A stretch of DNA of 30,870 bases from a virus (taxonomy: Duplodnaviria; Caudoviricetes): IMG/VR virus record IMGVR_UViG_3300020043_001414, positions 1 through 30,870 of that record; one strand, written 5' to 3'. The position numbers and the translations under genes are program-made. Positions 25,700 to 30,870 of the stretch are shown piece by piece; the stretch's first letter is position 1, and each line of letters begins with the position of its first letter. The notes under the pieces are model-generated. The model saw nothing but the letters and a program-made list of their open reading frames with translations. It did not search any database and had not been told where the DNA came from.

Positions 25700-28105
25700 T
25701 TATAATCCTAATCGTTGTTTAATTTGTTTGGCTCTTGGGTCATCAGGGTTATTGCGTGCCCACTCAAGTGCCTGTGTATCTTCTTTACTTAACTTCTTGA
25801 CAGGTTCTTGTTTTGCAATTTCACTGGCTGGCTTTGTGCCATACTTTGGTTCTTGACCAAGTTTAACACGGTTACGATCAATACCACGTTGGATAATTTC
25901 GTTGAACTCTTGTGCGGCAGTTTTAAATTCTTTTTCGCTTTGACTTGTGCTCATGCGTTGAATAGCCTTGGTTGCACTTTCACCTTCAAGGTTACTTAGG
26001 GCACCCATACCACGCAAGTTTTCAATTGCTTGCAAGAAACTTTGACCACCAATTTCTTTAAATCTGGCTTGGAAGTCAGACGCATCAGTGCCTTCAAGGA
26101 TAGGTTCTTTGGTTAAACCAAAGCCATAACTTAAACCTTTACGACCAACTGAGGTTTCAAATCCAGGATGTGTAACAAGTTCATTGATCTTGGTAATCAA
26201 GTAATCAGCATTTTGTTCTGCTTTACCTTGGTTAGCACGAGTAGTTCCAATGTCTTTACCAACAACTTCTGCTGATTCTTTGGCAATGGTCTTACCTGCT
26301 TCAAGTTCCGTCATTGTTGGACGAGCACCTGTAGGAGCACCAGCAGGAGCAACGCGACCTTGTGGGGCTTGTGCCAATGGAACTGGAGCAACAGGCGCAC
26401 CACGAGCAGGTGCAGGAGCAGCCGCAGGTTGTGGAGCAACAGGTTGAGGAGCAACAGCACCAGCAGGTTGCGCGGCAGGCGCAGGCGCACCACCAGCAAT
26501 TTGTGGCACAGCAATATTAACTTCACTTGGCTGAACAGGAACGAAACCTTGACCAACAAGTGCTTTGTTATAGTCACGCAGGATAGCCATTTGTTCTTCA
26601 ACGCCTTTGCCTTGCAATTTAAGGTTGATTTCTTGAATCTGACGAGCACGCATGTCTGCCAATCCACCAGTGCTAGACTGCGGACGGAAACCTGTCATTG
26701 GCTTACGACCTGTATCAGTTTGGACATAACTTTGACCAGTTCGCTTGTCTGTTACAACACGACCAACTTCACCAGTTTTGTCATTGATGTAAGTGCCGCC
26801 TGGAATATCTAATTCACGCTTGCCACCAGTTGCAAAACTTGCAAGTTGTTCTTGAGTTAATTCTCTGTTGTCTGCACTGATACCTTTTAGTGGCAATCCT
26901 TTGGCATTGACTTGAATTAAGGCTGTTTCGCCCTTTTCATTTGACACACTTTGCCACTTGTTACCAAATCCCAACTTAATTGCTTCTTCACCAGCAAGTT
27001 CTGGGCTTAGGAAACCAAGCAAAATCATTTTAACCCATGAGCCTTCTTGATTCTTTAATTCATCAGCAATAGCACGACCTGCCTTGGGATCACCTTGAGC
27101 CGCTGCCGCAATTGCTTGAGTTGCTTGCTCTTTGGCACTGTTCATTTTAAATTCTTGCTCTAACAATGCACGAGCCTGTTGTTTAGCAACAGTTTGCATT
27201 GCTGGAAACTGTGCGAACTCAGGTTGCTTGCTGATCTCCATCCACTTGAACGGGTCTTTGCCTGCTTCTTCAAACAAACGATTACGAAACTCTGGTGTAT
27301 CACGAGGTTCCATACCACCAGCCATCATGGGACGATTGTTTGGACCCAATATTGTAGTTGTGCCATCTGCATTGGTGATTAAACGATTGCCTTCTTCATC
27401 AATTTGCATGCGTGGTTGTGCCGCACTTTGAGCCGCCATTGCTTGAGGAGCAACTGGTGCTGTTGGTGCCGCAGGTGGAGTAATTGTTGGAGCGCCACGG
27501 CGTTGAGCATCTGTTAATGTTCCTGCTTGAGCACTTGGAATAATTGCATCAAACACTTTGCTAAGATAACCTTGAGTTTCACGAGGCAACTGTGCAGGAT
27601 TCAATTGACCAGCATTGGCGGCAATGTTTTTATCAACACGACCTGGACCTGCATTGTAGGCTGCGGCGGCTGCGCGTTCATCACCGTTATACTTTTTCAA
27701 CAGTGCTTGGTAATATTCTTGACCAACACGATTATATTCTTCTGGAGTTTGTGCCTGTGCTGGACGAACACCAAAACCTGGTGATGCAGCCGTTGCTGGC
27801 ATTACTTGATTTGCAAACATCGCACCTTTTGGGCTTGTTAAAGGGCGTCCTTGTGCATCAAAGTCACGACCACCACTTTCAGCCTGTTGCATGCGTGCAA
27901 AAGTTTCTGGACTCACTGGACCAGCCGCAGGGATTTCTTCCTTGACAGTGCGAGTTTGACTACCATCACCGTATGTGGTGACTTCTTGTTTTGTTTTTAC
28001 TTCTGAGGCCAAACGCTTACGGCGTTCTTCTTCAGTTTCGTAAGCGAAAGGGTCAGTCGCTTCAATATCTGGACCCACATAATTTCCAAATGCATCATAT
28101 GCCAT
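25700..28105 (-). CDS. Internal virion protein with an N-terminal lytic transglycosylase (SLT-like) domain
   Basis: QAESGG (catalytic Glu), SPKGAM..NQVMPATA, AAAAYNAGPGRV, LPRETQGY. Confidence 0.9.
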   Translation of the reverse strand: MAYDAFGNYVGPDIEATDPFAYETEEERRKRLASEVKTKQEVTTYGDGSQTRTVKEEIPAAGPVSPETFARMQQAESGGRDFDAQGRPLTSPKGAMFANQVMPATAASPGFGVRPAQAQTPEEYNRVGQEYYQALLKKYNGDERAAAAAYNAGPGRVDKNIAANAGQLNPAQLPRETQGYLSKVFDAIIPSAQAGTLTDAQRRGAPTITPPAAPTAPVAPQAMAAQSAAQPRMQIDEEGNRLITNADGTTTILGPNNRPMMAGGMEPRDTPEFRNRLFEEAGKDPFKWMEISKQPEFAQFPAMQTVAKQQARALLEQEFKMNSAKEQATQAIAAAAQGDPKAGRAIADELKNQEGSWVKMILLGFLSPELAGEEAIKLGFGNKWQSVSNEKGETALIQVNAKGLPLKGISADNRELTQEQLASFATGGKRELDIPGGTYINDKTGEVGRVVTDKRTGQSYVQTDTGRKPMTGFRPQSSTGGLADMRARQIQEINLKLQGKGVEEQMAILRDYNKALVGQGFVPVQPSEVNIAVPQIAGGAPAPAAQPAGAVAPQPVAPQPAAAPAPARGAPVAPVPLAQAPQGRVAPAGAPTGARPTMTELEAGKTIAKESAEVVGKDIGTTRANQGKAEQNADYLITKINELVTHPGFETSVGRKGLSYGFGLTKEPILEGTDASDFQARFKEIGGQSFLQAIENLRGMGALSNLEGESATKAIQRMSTSQSEKEFKTAAQEFNEIIQRGIDRNRVKLGQEPKYGTKPASEIAKQEPVKKLSKEDTQALEWARNNPDDPRAKQIKQRLGL

Positions 28106-28117
28106 AATTTTTATTCC

Positions 28118-28849
28118 TTATTTTCCAATCTTGGTCCCAGGATAAGACAATTCAAAACCAGTCTTATCAACTGTGGTGCCAGTCGTCCCACGGAAATCTG
28201 GCGTGTATGTGCCTTGTGGTGTGCCGTATAAGATACTTGCGTATTGTGAATACAAATCTTGCGGAGTCTTTGCCGCACTAACACCTGCACCAGCCGCACC
28301 AAGTGCTTGACCAAGACCACCTTGACCAAGTTGTGCCAACTGTGAAGCCGCACTTAATCTTTGACTTGCAATGCCTTGCATGATATCGCCAGCGGCTTTC
28401 ATTTGTGCCGCTTGTGTTTGACCTGCTAGGGCACGATCAGCAAGTTTGCTACGGAATCCACCGCCAACACCTGCACCACCCATTGCTCGTTGTTGCATTT
28501 CCAAATTCTGAACATATTGTGCTTGAGCAGGTGCTAAAGCATTTTGAATCTGAATACGCTCATAGTCTGGATTGAACAGGTTTTCTAATCCACTAATACC
28601 AGTGCGTAATGCACTTTCGCCAGTTGAACCAACAACATCTTGCACTTGACGAGCAACGCCTGCTTGGTTTTGTGCCGCATTATTCACACCTGGAGCATAA
28701 CGATTCCAAATTTCTGTTGCACCGCCTGTAGCATTTTTATATGCTGGGATGATTGTGCCAGTTAGCATTTCTGTGGTAGCCGCAATTTGAGCACGTTGCT
28801 CTGGTGTTGTAATTGGGGCTGTGCTAGTTGAACTTTTACCAAAACTCAT
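28118..28849 (-). CDS. DNA ejection / pilot protein, 243 aa
   Basis: MSFGKSSTST start, Gln/Ala/Gly-rich helices, position in the ejection cluster. Confidence 0.7.
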   Translation of the reverse strand: MSFGKSSTSTAPITTPEQRAQIAATTEMLTGTIIPAYKNATGGATEIWNRYAPGVNNAAQNQAGVARQVQDVVGSTGESALRTGISGLENLFNPDYERIQIQNALAPAQAQYVQNLEMQQRAMGGAGVGGGFRSKLADRALAGQTQAAQMKAAGDIMQGIASQRLSAASQLAQLGQGGLGQALGAAGAGVSAAKTPQDLYSQYASILYGTPQGTYTPDFRGTTGTTVDKTGFELSYPGTKIGK

Positions 28850-28867
28850 AATATTTTTCCTTGTCTG

Positions 28868-28874
28868 TATTTAG
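28868..28874 (-). promoter_or_regulatory. Late-like promoter motif CTAAATA for the ejection-protein operon
   Basis: Intergenic, independent of the upstream stop, followed by SD AAGGA and ATG. Confidence 0.65.
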
Positions 28875-28880
28875 TGCAAG

Positions 28881-30791
28881 TTAAACTTGCGGCACAACTG
28901 GACCTGTTACTGTGCCAAATTGTGCTTGATAAGCAGGGTCTTGGACTAGTGCCGCCAACTGCTCTGGTGTTAATTGTTCATACATCTGGTCAATGCCAAA
29001 TGGATTTTGTGGTGCAACTGGCACTGTGTTGTATGCTGTAGCATCAAATGTATCGCCAGTTTGAAAACCATGCGAACCCCAATAGTATTGGTTTTGCACA
29101 TCGTTTGTTGTGTTATAAAACGGCTCTGGTTTAATAAAGCCTGGACTCAATCCAATGTCTGTGATTGGTTTGGTCATGTTGCCAATTTGCGGAGGTGTAT
29201 AACCATCATCCACACTTGGTGTCTTAGGTGTTGTGCCAGTGATAGGGAATATTACTGGTGGAGTTGTAGGTGTAGTAGGTGTAGTAGGAGTAACTGGTGT
29301 TCCAGTCAAATCAACTACTGGTGGCAATCCTGTTACTGGACCCAAATCAGTATTGGCAACAGTGCTTGTTGGGCGATCTGCTGTGATAGTGATTTCACCT
29401 AAGTCAGTTGCATCGCCTGCTGGAGTTGTGACACCACCTGGGGCTGGCGTTGAAGTGCTTGTGCCATCAGGGTGAATTGTAATCGTGCTACCATCGTCAT
29501 ACACATAAGTTGTGCCCGCACCTGTGTTGATACCGCCACTACTTTCACTGCCAGATACGCCAGTTTGAGTAGAACCTGTTGCATCACGAGTGATATAAGT
29601 TCCATCAGGATTACTTGTGATAGTGCTCCCGTTGCTGAAAGTAGTAGTTACACTTCCGTTGTAGTTTTGTGTAGTTGTAGAACCGTCTGGATTGATTGTG
29701 ACAGGAGCAACGTAACTGTCTGGGATACCATAATTGCCTTCACCACCAGAGACTGGCACTGAACCAGCACGCTGAACCCATGCGTTTGTGGTTTGGTCAT
29801 AGTAAGCACCTGTTGTTGGATTTACATAAGTTTCTAATGTGTCATCCCAACGAGCACCGTTTGAGTTTTCGATACTTGCAAGTTCTACACCATCTGGCAA
29901 TGTGCCTGTTCCTGGGTTTTCCAAACTGCGAGGCAAGCCTGTGCTTTCCACACGGAAATCAGTTGTCATGTTGCCATCAATACTGATTGGCATACCACTA
30001 TCAATTGCGGCTTGGTAATCACTTAACAACACTGTCTTGCCACTATCCAACACAACTTCCATACCATTTGGACCGTTGTAAATTGTGCCAGGGGCTGAGT
30101 CACTGATACCAGTTGATACTACATCATGTGGCACCTTGACCTGACCTGTTGAGTTATCAAAACCAACTGGTAAGGTTTCAACACCAACGTTGTTACCACT
30201 GCCTTGAGCAACCAATTCAACACGACCACTATTTGGATTGTATTCATAAACTGGAGCCAAAGTGCCATCAGTTGCAGGAGTAGAACTTACAGCACCACCG
30301 TCTGCATTGTATGTTACAGTTGAACCGTCATCGTATGTGTATGTTGTGCTACCACCTGCGTCTGTGAAGAAACTTTGTGCTGTTCCTGCTAACGCACCAC
30401 CTGCCGCACCTGTTAAGGCACTTTTAATAATATCGCCACCAGTTAAAGCACCTACAGTAGCACCAGCGGCGGCTCCACCAGCGGCACCACTTAGGATAGT
30501 TCCTGCGCCTGCTGAACTTGCCGCACTGCCTGCAATACCGCCAGCATAACCTGCGGCACCACCTAATAAGGCACCTTCAAGAATGTTGCCACCATCTTCA
30601 GCCGCACCTGCCGCACCGCCAAGAGCACCAGCCCAAACAGGCGGAACGCCCATAGCCATCGCACCAACAGTGACAATGGCTTGTAACGGATCATCAACGA
30701 TTGCTTCTACTGTGTCACCAATAAAATCACCAACATCTTCTACAATGTCGCCAATGCCATCAAGAACATCTCCAACGAATCCACCGCACAT
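28881..30791 (-). CDS. Virion/ejection-associated protein with a glycine-zipper N-terminus and Thr/Pro-rich repeats, 636 aa
   Basis: MCGG start, GAAGG repeats, duplicated TY.YDDGST.T...DG...STPA, TPT runs. Confidence 0.7.
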   Translation of the reverse strand: MCGGFVGDVLDGIGDIVEDVGDFIGDTVEAIVDDPLQAIVTVGAMAMGVPPVWAGALGGAAGAAEDGGNILEGALLGGAAGYAGGIAGSAASSAGAGTILSGAAGGAAAGATVGALTGGDIIKSALTGAAGGALAGTAQSFFTDAGGSTTYTYDDGSTVTYNADGGAVSSTPATDGTLAPVYEYNPNSGRVELVAQGSGNNVGVETLPVGFDNSTGQVKVPHDVVSTGISDSAPGTIYNGPNGMEVVLDSGKTVLLSDYQAAIDSGMPISIDGNMTTDFRVESTGLPRSLENPGTGTLPDGVELASIENSNGARWDDTLETYVNPTTGAYYDQTTNAWVQRAGSVPVSGGEGNYGIPDSYVAPVTINPDGSTTTQNYNGSVTTTFSNGSTITSNPDGTYITRDATGSTQTGVSGSESSGGINTGAGTTYVYDDGSTITIHPDGTSTSTPAPGGVTTPAGDATDLGEITITADRPTSTVANTDLGPVTGLPPVVDLTGTPVTPTTPTTPTTPPVIFPITGTTPKTPSVDDGYTPPQIGNMTKPITDIGLSPGFIKPEPFYNTTNDVQNQYYWGSHGFQTGDTFDATAYNTVPVAPQNPFGIDQMYEQLTPEQLAALVQDPAYQAQFGTVTGPVVPQV

Positions 30792-30792
30792 A

Positions 30793-30870
30793 TTATAATT
30801 CCTTTAAACAATTAAACCCCTGAGTCTTAAATCCCAAACGGTTGTAAAATCTTTCAACAACACGAGGATT
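30793..30870 (-). CDS. C-terminal end of a GNAT acetyltransferase-like protein (partial)
   Basis: Hand translation NPRVVERFYNRLGFKTQGFNCLKEL* contains the FY.RLGF GNAT motif B. Confidence 0.7.
   Translation of the reverse strand, partial: NPRVVERFYNRLGFKTQGFNCLKEL

Noticed and set aside
5789-30798. Numerous short + strand ORFs in the track
   Set aside because: They are antisense shadows of long, well-supported - strand genes. Only 22381..22869 in this range has its own SD and promoter motif
1-30870. Alternative genetic code, tRNA genes or terminal repeats
   Set aside because: Genes tile densely under the standard code, I saw no cloverleaf, and the two ends are unrelated truncated genes

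Overview
The window is a large part of a tailed dsDNA phage genome with a podovirus (P22/SU10-like) virion module, almost all on the - strand. In transcription order (right to left) it holds: a partial GNAT gene, four ejection/internal virion proteins (one with a lytic transglycosylase), a Dps/ferritin-like gene, a divergent GNAT gene, a probable TerS, small basic genes, TerL, portal, scaffold, major capsid, HNH nuclease, head-tail adaptor, a 1511-aa tail fibre, a holin-like gene, an HTH protein, a split primase (PriCT-2) plus SF3 helicase, and an iteron-like origin. I recognise no DNA polymerase, RNA polymerase, sigma factor, integrase or endolysin, but both ends are truncated. The most striking signal is a motif, (C/A/G)TAA(A/G)TA, found at 16 gene-boundary or intergenic sites and oriented with the downstream gene, including the replication operon. 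It resembles the T4-type gp55-dependent late promoter TATAAATA, and one site is a perfect copy. Seven genes start 4-6 nt after the motif without a Shine-Dalgarno. One perfect copy precedes an ORF-less two-hairpin RNA whose loops are antisense to SD+AUG sequences. My working hypothesis (inference) is a fully capsid-forming, virophage-like satellite that borrows the late transcription machinery of a large T4-like helper phage. Family calls are from motif recognition by eye, not database searches.
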